Part shown: positions 49,047 through 62,575 of the stretch, piece after piece
Numbering within the stretch: the first letter of the stretch is position 1
Layout: each line of letters opens with the position of its first letter
Assembly (NCBI RefSeq): GCF_023055435.1
Contig: NW_025963790.1
Span: 496,001-560,000 of the forward strand
DNA length: 64,000 bases
Direction of reading: 5' to 3'
Source: Haliotis rufescens
Lineage: Eukaryota
Notes under the pieces: generated by a model
Database searches by the model: none
What the model saw: only the letters and a program-made list of their open reading frames with translations
Told to the model about the DNA's origin: nothing
Position numbers and translations under genes: made by a program

Positions 49047-50813
49047 GGTAATACAGGTGATACAAGTAATACAGGAAACACAGGTAATACAAGTGATACA
49101 AGTAATAATGTAATGCAGGTAATACAGGTAATACAAGAATAACAAGTAATACAAGTAATACAAGTAATACAGGTAATACAAGTAATTCAAGTAATAAGGT
49201 AATGCAGGTAATACAGGTAATACAAGAATAACAAGTAATACAAGTAATGCAGGTAATACAAGTAATGCAAATAATACAGGTAATACAAGTAATACGGGTA
49301 GTGCAGGTGATACAAGTAATACAGGTAGTACAAGTAATACAGGGTGTACAAGTAGTATAGCTAGTGCAGGTAATACAAGTAGTACAAGTTATAATGTCAT
49401 ACAGGTAATACAGGCAATACAAGAATAACAAGTAATACAAGTAATAAGGCAATGCAGGGAATACAGGCAATACAAGAATAACAAGTAATACAAGTAATGC
49501 GGGTAATACAGATAATAGAAGTAATGCAAGTAATACAGGTGATACAAGTAATACAGGTAGTACAAGTAATACAGGTGATTCAAGGAATACAGATAGTACA
49601 GGTAATACAAGTAATGCAGGTTATACAAGTAATACAGGTTATACAAGTAATATAGGTAATGCAGGTAATACAAGTAACACAGGTGATACAAGTAATACAA
49701 CTAAAACAGGTGATACAACTTATACGGGTAATATAAGTAATAACGTAATGTATGAAATACTAGTAATAAGGTAATGCAGGTAATACAAGTAATAGAAGTA
49801 ATACAAGCAATACAAGTAATACAGGCGATACAAGTAATACGGTAATACGGTAATACAGGTAGTACAAATAATAAGGTAATATATGAAATACAAGTAATAA
49901 GGTAATGCAGGTAATACAACTAATACAGGTAAACAATTAATACAGGTGTTTCGAGTAATACAAGTCATACAAGTAATATAAGTAATATAGGTAATGCAGG
50001 TAATACACGTAATACAGGTAATACACGTAATGTAGGTGATACAAGCCATACAAGTAATACAGGTAATACAAGTGATATAGGTAGTGCAGGTAATACAAGT
50101 AATACAGGTAATACAATAAATAAAGGTAGTGCAGGTAATACAAGTAATACAGGTAATACAAGTAATACAGTTGATACAAATAATACAAGTAATGCAGGTA
50201 ATACCAGTAATATAGGTAGTGCAGGTAATACAAGTAATACAGGTAATACAAGTAATACAGTTGATACAAATAATACAAGTAATGCAGGTAATACCAGTAA
50301 TATAGGTAGTGCAGGTAATACAAGTAATGCAGGTGATACAACTAATACATGTAATGCAGGTTATACGGTGAATACAATTAATATTGGTAGTGCATGTAGT
50401 ACAAGTAATGCAGCTAATACAAGTAATGCAGGTAATACAAGTACTATAGGTAGTACATGTAATAGAAGTAATGCAGGTAATACAGGTAACACAAGAATAA
50501 CAAGTAATACAAGTAATACAGGTAATACAAGTAATTCAAGTAATAAGGTAATGCAGGTAATACAGGTCATACAAGAATAACAAGTAATACAAGTAATGCA
50601 GGTAATACAAGTAATGCAAATAATACAGGTAATACAAGTAATACAAGTAACACAGGTAATACAAGTAATACAGGTGATACAAGTAATACAAGTAACACAA
50701 GTAACACAAGTAATACATGTAATACAAGTAACACAAGTAACACAAGTAACACATGTAATACAAGTAATACAGGTGATACAAGTAATACAGGTAATACAGG
50801 TAATACAAGTAAT
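49047..50813. repeat. 9-bp minisatellite (GTAATACAR)n, ~1.77 kb
   Basis: Read directly; variant blocks recur (49120-49290 resembles 50475-50630). Confidence 0.96.
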
Positions 50814-52544
50814 GGGCCACACGTGCCTCCTGACTTTGCTGAATGCGTGCGACGTGGGGCGTTCCGCGAGCTTTCAGTCATTGTTCTGTCTGGTGTTTTT
50901 GTTGGGTGTTTACCGCAGTGAGCAATATTTCAGCTGTATCACGGTGACCTTTTTAACTTAAACCTGGGCCAAACAAACCATTGTTTTATGTAATGAATAA
51001 CGTCCCACGCCTTCGGGCTCCGATGAAACACTGTATAGCAACTCTTCCATGCCTGACTATCCGATCCAATTTGATTGCCTTTTACAACCAGAATAGGTTA
51101 TAGAGAATCTATATCAGAATTCCATGAGCATTAACAGCCTGTTGTGATGTACCTGATTCAGCTGGGTGCGGCGTTAAACAACATATGTTCCCTCGCTCAT
51201 GGAATTTTGGCGTTTTCTGGTGAAGTTGGACACACCGAAATGTATGTTGATTGCAATGAAACTTAAACTTCTACATGAGAAGAGGAAAGAACATTATTGC
51301 TGTGGGCTTGACAATATTGTGCTGTTTGTTGTACCAGGCGAGTTAGTGGATCGTGAGGTCAGGCTGGTTGATATGTTTGATATCGTGTTGTCGAATCCTG
51401 ACGTCAAGATTCGGTACGCATAAAATCAATCACTAGACTGTCTTTTCTAGATTTGATTGTTTACAGATCGACTTCGTATTGCTGGAATATTGCTGAGTGC
51501 GATGTTACAGTGTCACAATAGGTGAGGTGAAATAGGGTTTAACGTCGCGTCCAAGTTTATTGCACTTTTATAGCAACGTGTGTGTGGGTGTGGCTGCTTG
51601 TACTAGTCAGGACTAATGCTGATATTTTAGTAAGAGCGCACTGAGATACCCAGCCGTAGTTTAACAAGAATAAGACGTGACGGGATTTGACGTGTGGCGC
51701 AAATGGTGGCCATGTGGTTGCTGAAGACTAATTCTAACCCGGATCTTCACTGGTGTATTGTCACAAAGGATAAACGAGAAGCCTTGTGTTGACAAGTAAC
51801 TACAAAACCTTGGTCATACCTGGATCAGGTGTCACTACCTGGTAGCAACTTAAATATTCAAAATGTTCAGACTGACAGTTTTTCCTTCAGCAAACCAGCC
51901 AATACATATCTCCCGGGGAGAGAGGTCTTCATTCGCAACCGGATGCAGAAACATAAGCGGTTTATACGTTTAAAAAAATACAGATCGGGCGCTATTTGAT
52001 CGCATTGGTTTTGACAGGTGTGACAAATTGTAAATTTGTTATCTTCTTCAATGTATTTATCTAACAGCCACAGACAGATATGTGAGCAGCTGTGAAGGAA
52101 ACCTAAGTATAGTTCCTACAAGCATGTTCTTGTGAGTTTAGTTTTACAGATGGTAAGTGTACTATGTTGCTAATTATACAAGACACAACCACATGCATGT
52201 GCGTGTGTGCTTGTCTACGCGCGTGCTTGCGTACGTGAATGTTACATAGGTAGTACTTAAAGGCAAATGATATTCCCATTACATGGATGGACATTTCATG
52301 TGCATATGATGCGAGTCTCAAACGCGTTGAGGCACTGTACTGCCTGCCTTACGTAACAGCCGACTTCTCGTGAGGACTGGATGGTTAGACACATTGTGTG
52401 TCATTCAAGTATTACTGCGTTCGATGGTGGAGCTAATCTCCCGGGTTCGATTCCCGTCAAGGGTATCATGTGAGGTGCCAACTACTGGAGACCCCCTCCA
52501 TGATACTGAATAGCTATTGTGTCAAAAACTATACTCAACTACTG

Positions 52545-53300
52545 TCAACAGGCGACCGTGCTACAGTTAGAATATTGCTGTGTGCGGCGTCATGAAACCA
52601 CACTCAATCAATGACAACAGGCGACCGTGCTACGGTTAGAATATGCTCTCTTGGGCGTAATGAAACCACACTCAATCACTGACAACAGGCGACCATGCTG
52701 CAGTTAGAATATGCCGTCTGTGGCGTCATGAAACCACGCTCAATCACTGACAACAGGCGACCGTGCTACAGTTAGAATATTGCTGTCTCCTGCGTCATGA
52801 AACCACACTCAATCACTGTCATCAGGCGACCGTGCTACAGCTATGATATTGCTGCGTGCGGCGTCCTGAAACCACACTCAATCACAGACAACAGGCGACC
52901 GGGCTGCAGTTAGAATATGCTGTCTTGGGCGTCATGAAACCACACTCAATCACAGACAACAGGCGACCGGGCTGCAGTTAGAATATGCTGTCTGTGGCGT
53001 CATGAAACCACACTCAATCACAGACAACAGGCGACCGGGCTGCAGTTAGAATATTACTGTCTTGGGCGTCATGAAACCACACTCAATCACTGACAACAGG
53101 CGACCGTGCTACAGTTAGAATATTGCTGTCTGGGGCATCATGAAACCACACTCAATCACTGACAACAGGCGACCGTGCTACAGTTAGAATAGGCTGTCTG
53201 TGGCGTCATGAAACCACACTCAATCAATGACAACAGGCGACCGTGCTACAGTTAGAATATGCTGTCTGTGGCGTCCTGAAACCACACTCAATCACTGACA
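52545..53300 (+). repeat. 68-69-bp minisatellite, 11 units, derived from a SINE 3' tail
   Basis: Unit acaacaggcgaccgtgctacagttagaatattgctgtgtgcggcgtcatgaaaccacactcaatcactg. Confidence 0.92.
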
Positions 53301-53339
53301 GGGTGGTAGCAGTATCATGAGTCTTGGTAGACACAAGTA

Positions 53340-53860
53340 GTGGAATCATGAGAGCCTAGTCGACATTCCTTTTCTTGAACAACTGTGATGAAATGTTGTT
53401 CGCTTGGGAAATTGTGGTGGTGTTCCTCGAAGTTAAGATATTGTTAGACAGGTCGGGAAAATGATCCTTATCTGAAAATTTACTTTTATTTGAGGCATCA
53501 ATTCCCTTGTTTGCAAAATTCAAATTCAGAAACTTGTCGTATTTGTCAACTTTAGTGAAATCTGTTTCTGGTTCGGCCAATCATTTCAAAGCAATATCAA
53601 GAGCTATGCTGACCTATCAATGCTGCAGGCTCTTGCTGTTTCTAGACCCATCTGTTTGCAAAAGTCGTTTGATAAGAGCCCAGTGTAGCATTCCGGACTT
53701 TTAATAAGCACTTGCTTATGAATCACTATGACATAGTCATGATACAATGACATATGCAATAGTATTATCATTTTGTTTTGGAAACGTGACCCATAACCAA
53801 TCAAATTAATCTAGTTTCTTATCTAGTTAATTAAACCGTATCACAAATCTTATAGAAACA
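53340..53860 (-). mobile_element. Penelope-like element relic
   Basis: FLNLNFANKGIDA motif; nucleotide similarity to 61015-61500. Confidence 0.55.
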
Positions 53861-56800
53861 GATAATTTTGAACGAATACTGAACAAATAGTATATTATCT
53901 TGTGAGAACGTTACATTAGGAGAGATAGTTGGGCATTGATGATGTAATTAGTATCTGGGAAATAAGGGCAATGTGTTGCACTTCTTGACATGAGCTGCAT
54001 TGGCGGCCACTGTGATCTTTCTAGAAATTAAATGTTTACTTTTGTAGGAAAACAACTAAATACTTAAATGTTAAATAATTTTGGAGGAGAGTATTAACAG
54101 ACGGGCACCATCCACAATCAAGAAGAAAACATTTTTTATTCCATCAACTCTAACCTTTTGTATTTGTATTTAATAACTAAAACGTGATAAGAATTATGGT
54201 ACAATGTGATGTTTCATCCCAGAACATACTTCATATTCGTATAAGGCTTAGCTAAGGACAATTTGTATTTTTTTTGTACTCAATCTTCAAATTATCTCTT
54301 TACTTTCTAAAACTTTGACTTCAACGTTCACCCAAAGTGCGATGTCAAATTACAGATTCACCTTTACGTAAGTACGTGTGTTGCTTGGACAGCATGAAGG
54401 ACCCCAATCGTTACTGGTGGCACCCCCAACAACAATAAATTGTTGTTACGTTGTGTAATCTATTCGCGTCGTTTTCCCCTCGGTGTGATTACTTCAGTTT
54501 GGGTGGTTGAGTTCAGAATTTACTGCATCGTATCTTTACACTTGTGAGCAGTGCAAACTGTTAACAGTGCAAACAAACGTCCTGTTAGTGAAGGGCAATC
54601 TATCGCAGTGTGCCACATCTCAACAGTTGTGACGCACCGCCAGACAAAACACCAGGGTAAAGATATGGGTTGACCCTAGACTTCTTAGATACGGTGAAGG
54701 TGTTTAAATTTATGATGGGTCTGTGCAAGGTGGACAAACAATATGTGTAAAACTCTTGACAGAAAAGCGACAAGCCTGTATCGAGATTTTGAGCAAGACA
54801 TGTCTGTACATGGTTGTGTGATACCCGGAGTTGTTGAAGAAGATGTAACCCTGACTGTAAGTAATATGTGCTATTAGGTCGACTATTCTTTTAGTTCACT
54901 CTATTAGTGTATACACTTGTCTAGGATAACAAAACTACCTTTTTAGAGTTAAAATTTATCACTGATAGATCTATAACATTTCATATTGGGATATGGACTA
55001 AGTATTAAGTATTAATACTAAGTATTCAGTTCTTGCCAGGATGATTACTCACACTTTGTGGATTGTCGTGAATCGTCCTATACTAAATATGTATATGGAC
55101 CGACATAAATCCATGCAACCAAGAATTATAGACTAAACGTTAACGTTAAATAGTCAAAGATGTGGCGGTATATTTGAAACAAAAACACAATTCATTCCCA
55201 TTTTACAACATGTCGCATATATTTTGTTTATACGGAATGTGATTAGTGTCGAGTTTATCACGTCACTGCATTGCACTCATTCATAGTAATGCATTATCCC
55301 ATCAATGGAATGTCCTTGCACGTTAGAGGTTGTGGGAAATTGGTAAACGCGAACCCGTTTATTGAAATTAGGAACAAAACAGCACACCAACATAAAGTTT
55401 GATGTTCACATAGACAAACGTTATCTTCATGTGTGGTTTAAGATTTCTTTATAAAGGTAAATACTACTAATTTCATATATATGTGAAACCGTTAACACAG
55501 TAAATGGTTTAAGTGTTGATTTGGCGCAGTTGCTAACATTTACATCCTGAGCAATACAGTGCACACTCAACCCATTTAGATTAAATAATAGAGATGTCAG
55601 TATTACATACCTTAGGGAATGTCATTGATTTTTCCATACAGACTATTCGATATCTATAGGGACATAATTATTCATGTTATAAATCGATAAGTTGTAGTGT
55701 GGTCTTATAGATATATTTCAGTGCATCCCAAGTATTTTAACTAGTTCAGTTGTTAGTTTGACTACAATCATACCTAAATTAAAGAAATATTAATAACTGT
55801 TTAGCCACATTCAGAGTGATAGTTTTCTGTTGGGCCAACCAAAAGACTATCGGTACACAATCAGTACTTTAACTATCACCAAACCCTGCAGCAAATCTGG
55901 AGATTATACTTGTCTTTTTGACGAGTGTTGATACTTTTTGGTTACATGTAGGAATTTGAATCTCAACAGAGGACAACTCTCTTTGTTCTAACCCTATAAA
56001 TCCTAAAACCAGTGCATTGTTGGACACTCAGCCTTGGGGTTAACCATGAACAGATTATATAAAGATCAGCTCCTCAAGAGTTGCTAGGATAAATGTTGGA
56101 TTTCATACAGGCTAGACTTTGTACTTGTGGCTTAAAGTATGCACTTATTAAAATAACGTTCGATAATTTTGAGATAGATTTTGACTGCTAAGTTTTTGAA
56201 TACCACGTGAAATGTTAATATTTGGATAAAGATTTCTTATTTCAAACATCCTGTCTTATGATCTGTTACGGAAATTACTGAATAAACTTAGTTATCTCGA
56301 TGTAGGTAATCGGAAACAATACAGTTTTTGACCTGCAGTCCAAATGTTGCATTAACGATCTTCTTTGATCTACTTACCACATGATCCCTGAAATCCTTAA
56401 TTGGTGACAATAACGATTTAATGTCTTGAACAGCATTTCACTGACATGAGTACCACAACGTGTCAGCTAAATGTTTGAGGCAGCATTAAATTGTTTGAAG
56501 TCTAAGACATTTCATACCTGTGTTCAACCCATTAACACTTGGGTTTTGCTGACAGATCAAAGACTAAAATTGTGTTGCATCACCCATCAAACCAAACATC
56601 AGCACATCCTGGCTGCTAAGGGAGGCAACACTGCACAACGTGTGGCGGATTCTGCAACCAGAATGTGTTATTACTCCTAAACACAGATTCCCCCTCCCTC
56701 CACTTTTCATACACGAGTTCAAGTTGTTGCTATCATTGTGTTTGTTAATCCGAAAAACAATAACAGCAAAATAAACCAGTTCAGATTCTGAAGCAGCATT

Positions 56801-56879
56801 ACAGTTGATGCCACGTTGACTCTATATGGCAGATAAGACTATTGAACTCATACCAGCAGATTGGATGACAATTTGGATT

Positions 56880-57590
56880 GTGCAAGTGACCGCACCCAGA
56901 ACGAACAATTAATTACAGAACTACTCTCAAGGATTTCAAACTTTCCATGTAAACACAAGACATTATTTATTTTGGAAAATATGATCAGACAATATTTGAG
57001 CATGTGATCATTGCACATGTATAATTCTCGGAAACGAAGCCTAGAGTTATTTGAGATTGTGCAAATTGTTTCGAAGGAAAGGTATCACAATACTTTTAAG
57101 AAAAGCTTAAAAATAGCAAAAATTGCAAGTTTAGCTGGTGAGCAATACATATGACAAGTTTAGATGACATAGATTGAATGGTTTTCAAGTTATGGCTAGG
57201 AACACTTGTTTGTGAATACATCGGTTTTCTGAATAACTACATCTTGATGAATATTGACATTTTTAGAAATGAATACATCGAAATCGGAGCAATATCAGAT
57301 GTATTTGTTACTCACTGGTACACTGAAAAAGCACTTGGTCACAACAGCTTTCCATGACGCATATTCAAATAAATGCGACAAAACCCTCTCCACATTCTAC
57401 TGATTCATAATGATGAACATTGAGTAAACATAGCTCGGGCGGTGGGACCGCATGTATTATATGCTGATGCTATAAAATCAAATCGACAAAACCCTGTCCT
57501 CATTCGTAAGAAATATCTGCAAGAAGCAGAGTCGATTTTGTCAAAGGCATGTGCTTATGAATCACTATCAAATCGTGAAAAGGTTAGAGT
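56880..57590 (+). mobile_element. Possible Mutator/MULE transposase relic with a SWIM finger
   Basis: ERYHNTFKKSLK and C*CYKIKSTKPCPH motifs in broken frames. Confidence 0.35.
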
Positions 57591-57839
57591 ATCCTGCTTG
57601 TTGTTTGTTGTTTAACGAGTGCAATATTCCAGCTACATGACGGCGGCCTGTAATGATCGAGTCTGGACCTGACATTCCCATGATTGACCCCATGTGCATC
57701 GATCTACACTACCATGGGTTACGATGACATGCATCAACCAAGTTACAGATCTTGACCACCCGGTCTTGTTTGTCATGTTTGACAAGCATGATTTGCTGAA
57801 AACAAATTCTTGCCCGGATCTTCAAGGGACTCTAAAAAG

Positions 57840-58780
57840 AGACCAATGAGATTGCCAGTGGGGATGCCTACCCCCAATGTCTAACCCCAATATTTCCATA
57901 GATGTTATCAACGAAGAAGTCTAACATTTCACATTTTGTTTTCACAGTAAACCTTAGGTGACATTTGCTTTCATTTAAAAAAAATTGAAGTTAGATATGA
58001 AACTATATCTGAGGTCACCACATTGAGTTACAAATGCTTCATGGACGAAGGAATGAAGTTTTCCTGGTTGCAAAATATTCAGTCAAATTCTTGGCGTTTT
58101 TCAGAATCCACATGATATTCATTCCACTTGTCTCAAACAGGTTGTTGCAAATACAAATGAAGCTTTTCCTTGATTGTGTTAAGGATTATGGTTAATCTTT
58201 CAGACCCAGCAATGTATCTCTCTTTGTTCTGATTTGAATGGAGTTTGGGAATCCAGTACAACAGTCGAGTAGGTTTCAGTAAAAAAAAAAAAAGGAGATT
58301 GCACTCATGGGTTTGGGTTGATTTCTTCCGGCTTTGGATGACAGCTGGCTGGGACAGATTATTTTTTTGCCAATTCTGTTTCTTCTTTTTCATTTTGTGT
58401 ATTCTGTCAATGAAAGCATCACACACTGACTAAACCAACCCTGAAGACAGGTTCTTCTTCTCTTTCAATACATACAGGAACCATTGTTTCACAAAAATGA
58501 CCAGCCTCATGTCGTTCAATGCGGACTCATCTTCAGCTTTAAAATGTCTGTTTTCAACCACACATCATGGTGGTTCAAATGTCATGGAGTAAATCATCAG
58601 GTGAATTGTTAACATACTTACAGATCAGGGTTGTCATCTGGGTTCATACAATTTGTCATTGGTGCTGTCACTGTGAAAAGGTATTTTGGCAGCCATTAGG
58701 CAGTTACGAGTAATTGAAGTCATTCGGAATACGTTTTACTGTCACTTGGGAGTTATTTCAAACCACCTTGTACATAAGTA
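57840..58780 (-). mobile_element. Penelope-like RT relic
   Basis: LLYWIPKLH...KERYIAGS and a decayed DNI...GIP.G motif. Confidence 0.65.
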
Positions 58781-60594
58781 CAATACTCTTATTTAATACG
58801 ATGTGTTGAAAAATATATTAGTTACTCGTTTGTTGTCATTATTTCTGTAACCTATCACCCCACAATGAAAGCTGTCATGTGGATTTCTAAGAAAATGCTT
58901 AGTTGTGTCCAAGCAGTGCAATATATGCAACAGGTTATACTGATAAGTACATCCTGGGAATGTGGAACTCCTGCAGAGAACAGGTTGTTCAGTCCTAAGA
59001 AACATCTTACTTGGGGGTCAGTTGCCACAATTGTGAAGAGGCAAATATAATCGTGATGGCTTTCACAAATCGGTAAACAGTTGCTGGCTACATAGGTGTA
59101 CCAGTCTAGACATAATTATATATTGTGTAAGGGAAATAGTTATGATGATCAAACATCCACCTATTCAACATTGTTTTCGATTCATGTTCTTCCCTCTAAA
59201 AGAAACAGTTTGCAACTTGTAAATGTATGTCTACCTTATCAAAAGAGTTCACCCTGCCTTTCAGAGACTAGAAGGTGTATCTCTAACTGTCACTTTACCT
59301 TCCCCAATTTTATTCTTACAATAAAACCAAACCTTTGTTTCAAATGTAAAATGACCAAACAACAGGTAACTTTTTTTAACTTCATGACAGCACACAGTTG
59401 TTGTTCTTATTTACTTAAGAATTAATGTATGGCAAACAATATGGGATTATATACAAAATTGATTATTATCATATGATTACCTATGATTACCTGCTGGTTA
59501 GTATCCTTGATTTGTCAGTATTTTTGTCCTCTTCATGTATGTCATCAAAGTAGTAGATTCCATCTCTCATTACACCAAGCTCACTCACTGACTCCCTCAC
59601 AACTCAGCATCAGTTAATCATTTCAACCGTATTTAAGAAAAGACTTCAGGAGTAACATAGAGTACACTAGTGATAGGCTCTTAACATGGCAATTTATGCT
59701 CGCGTGTTATCCCTTTTACTTGCATTGCAAGTTAACAGAGGAATTGTGTGAATATATTAACAATGAATAGTGTCCAGACCACGATATATTTACGGGTACA
59801 TGTATGCATCTTATGGAAATAGTGTGGGCTTTTTTAAATGTATACGAAAGTATTGCGGCAGCTGTTTTGAGTTGCCAAAATAAAGAGGGGTTGTATATTG
59901 TAGAACTAGACGCATCATAATGGCAAACATACATAGCCACACCAAAAACGCTCAAAGTGTGAATAACTATTAAGGTACAGACTTAAAAATATGGACTTTT
60001 GAAAAGAACATTGGCGCCAACGTTGCAGTTTCAGTGTCTGTGTATTCTTCTTGGCTACTCTAAGGCAACTGGCCATGCACGTAACTGTGCTTTTGTCACC
60101 ATTTGAACACTTTTATACCTGTTATCTTCTCCACTAATGAGTCATCGTGCACCGACAGTGTTTGACGTTGCCCATACTATCGATCAGTGGAATTTGATAG
60201 AATTTAATAGATAATACTAAGAAACTATAACATGCCTTTCGCTTATATTATTTTACTTTGTATGTAGTCCTTAGGTGATTTGTTGAAAGCTCGTTCAAGA
60301 CAAGAGATTACCCAACGAAAATTGGTGACCTATGAGTAACAAATGCCCTGTTCAGTTGGCATTGAACATCTCGGGAATATCATATAGCCCAATGAAGATA
60401 TATATAAATAAAAGCGAGAAAAAACATTTCAATAATCATAATATCTATAAATTGTCAATGCAAGAGAATAGCCAATCTAGATTAACCTCTGAAACGATCC
60501 TTCCGACACCAGACATCTCTGCTAAAAGTCTATTGTACGATTTTGACTATATGTTTATGCGTCACTTCAAATAGTGATGATACCAATTTTGATG

Positions 60595-61560
60595 AAAAGG
60601 GTAAAGTATCCTGCCCCAATGGAGGCACCGTCACAAACACATGCAACTGCAAACCAAAATAGACTGGAGCTGCTGGATTATTTCACGACGACGTGAAGGG
60701 GAAGTTGACTGTTGGAAAGTTGAATACATCCCTTTGTCGTTCAGTAATGTGCAGTTTTTGGTGATATATAAAAACTGGTGTGGTTCTATTGGTCTCCCAT
60801 AAGTAAGTTTGCTGGACCATCTAATACATCTATCTTTGTGCGGAGTTTTATTGAGCCTTGGAATCCAGTACAAAAGATCTTTTGGCAGATCTGGTTGGAG
60901 GCTGCTGACGATATTTTGGTCCATATTCACAAAACGAACAAAGATTTTTTTGTCAACAAAAGGGAAGCCACCTGCAGGTTGGTGACAGTAGGATAAATCG
61001 TAGCAGAAACAAATAGTGGAATCATGAGCTACCAAGTCCACGTTGTGCAACTCATTTGTGTAACTAAACAACGAGGATAGGAAAAGGAAACTGTTGGTGG
61101 TTCCTGAAACTTGAAATATTGTGTGATATTTTGGGAAACTAATATTTTTCTCTATGTCTGGAAATGTTACTTAAAGTTAATGCATCGATTCCCTTGTTTG
61201 GAATTTTCAAATTCAGGAATGCCTGGTCTTTGTTTATTTTTTTGGAGTCTGTTTCTGGTTTGGCCAAACGTTTTCAAGAAGTATCTTGTCGATACTGTGT
61301 TCTCTTGTTGTGTTTAAACACATCCATCAGCAAAGGTTGGTCAAGTGTACGATTCCAGCTTTTTCATAAGCATGTGTTTGTGAATTACCACAAATAATCA
61401 GAGAATAGCGTTATCGTTTTGTTTGGGAAACCAGACTCATAATGAAAAAAAATAATCGTGTTTTCATAAAAGAAAATGAAAAACTATAAAAGTATCACAA
61501 ATCTCACTTAAGCAAACACTTTCTTTTGTCGAAAACTTAACAGATAGTATGTAATACTGC
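60595..61560 (-). mobile_element. Penelope-like element relic
   Basis: LLYWIPRLNKTPHKDR motif; its end matches 33310-33360 (tgcatgtgtttgtgacgg.tgcc...gcaggata). Confidence 0.65.
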
Positions 61561-62295
61561 AATAACCTTGCATCAGGGCAGAAAGATGAACACCGATATC
61601 GCAACTGTTATCATGGGAGTACTGACAAATGTGTTGTACATCATTTTTAAGTAATCATCACAATTGTCAACTACATATCGTTGCTATTCAAGCCTCCCGT
61701 AGTCCACGTGACCCAAATCCAACGTAGACTATGGCGTTGACTTATTTGTTCATAAACTGTAGCAGAATTATAACTTAAACTCACTCATTAGTGAGAGATA
61801 ATTTTATTTATTTCCTTATTTATTGTTTTTTCCTTGCCAAGCGAATATGAACACCCTTAGGAAGTGATATTTTAATTACTTGTGTTAATGATGCCAGCAC
61901 ACCATGACAACTTTGATTTTACTGTCATATTCCATGTCATCATGTGTCACCAAAGAAAGAAGTCGTTATTATCGGGTGATAAGTTATGATTTATTCGAAG
62001 AGTGGGACCTTTGCAGTATTTCGAAATATTGCATATCACGTCATTATTACCAACATGGTGAAGATACAGTTGGTAAGATACTAAATCCGTACGTCACACG
62101 TGTGTCGTACAAGGTTGAGCTCGTTTTATTAGTTTTGATTGGATAAATGTGACCTCTGTCACACCGGAACTACTTTTTTCATTCATAAAAAAAATCACGA
62201 GACGTCAATCACTTTTACAACTACAAGGTAGAACTGAAGTAATCTCGTGAAAGCGAGACACACTTACACACACTTTAGTTAAACCAAACAAGACA

Positions 62296-62575
62296 CCCAG
62301 CAAACAATTCTACGTTGTGACAACGTTGATTTGTCGTTGCTACAACGCTGTGATGCTAAGTTGTCACAACGTAAATATGTAGATTGGTTGCTACAGCGGT
62401 TTTTGGCTGCTACAGCGTTGTTCGTAACCCAAAATACAACCAAATTGAGACGTTGTCACAACGTCCATATTTTTACGTTGTTACAACGTTTAACCAACAC
62501 GTCGTGACAGTGTATGTCTTGCATACATATGGGCGACACTACAACCAATGCAGGACGTTGTTGCAATGTCCATAC
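62296..62575. mobile_element. Non-autonomous DNA transposon fragment with repeated ACAACGTT palindromic motifs
   Basis: Begins cccagcaaaca and has many acaacgtt/acgttgt units; no right TIR seen. Confidence 0.5.

Noticed and set aside
48997-50961. Many overlapping low-complexity ORFs
   Set aside because: They come from the 9-bp satellite, have frequent frame breaks, and show no signal peptide or splice structure.
54540-54860. Exon-like stretch ending in GTAAGT
   Set aside because: Stops in the frames read and no identifiable domain.
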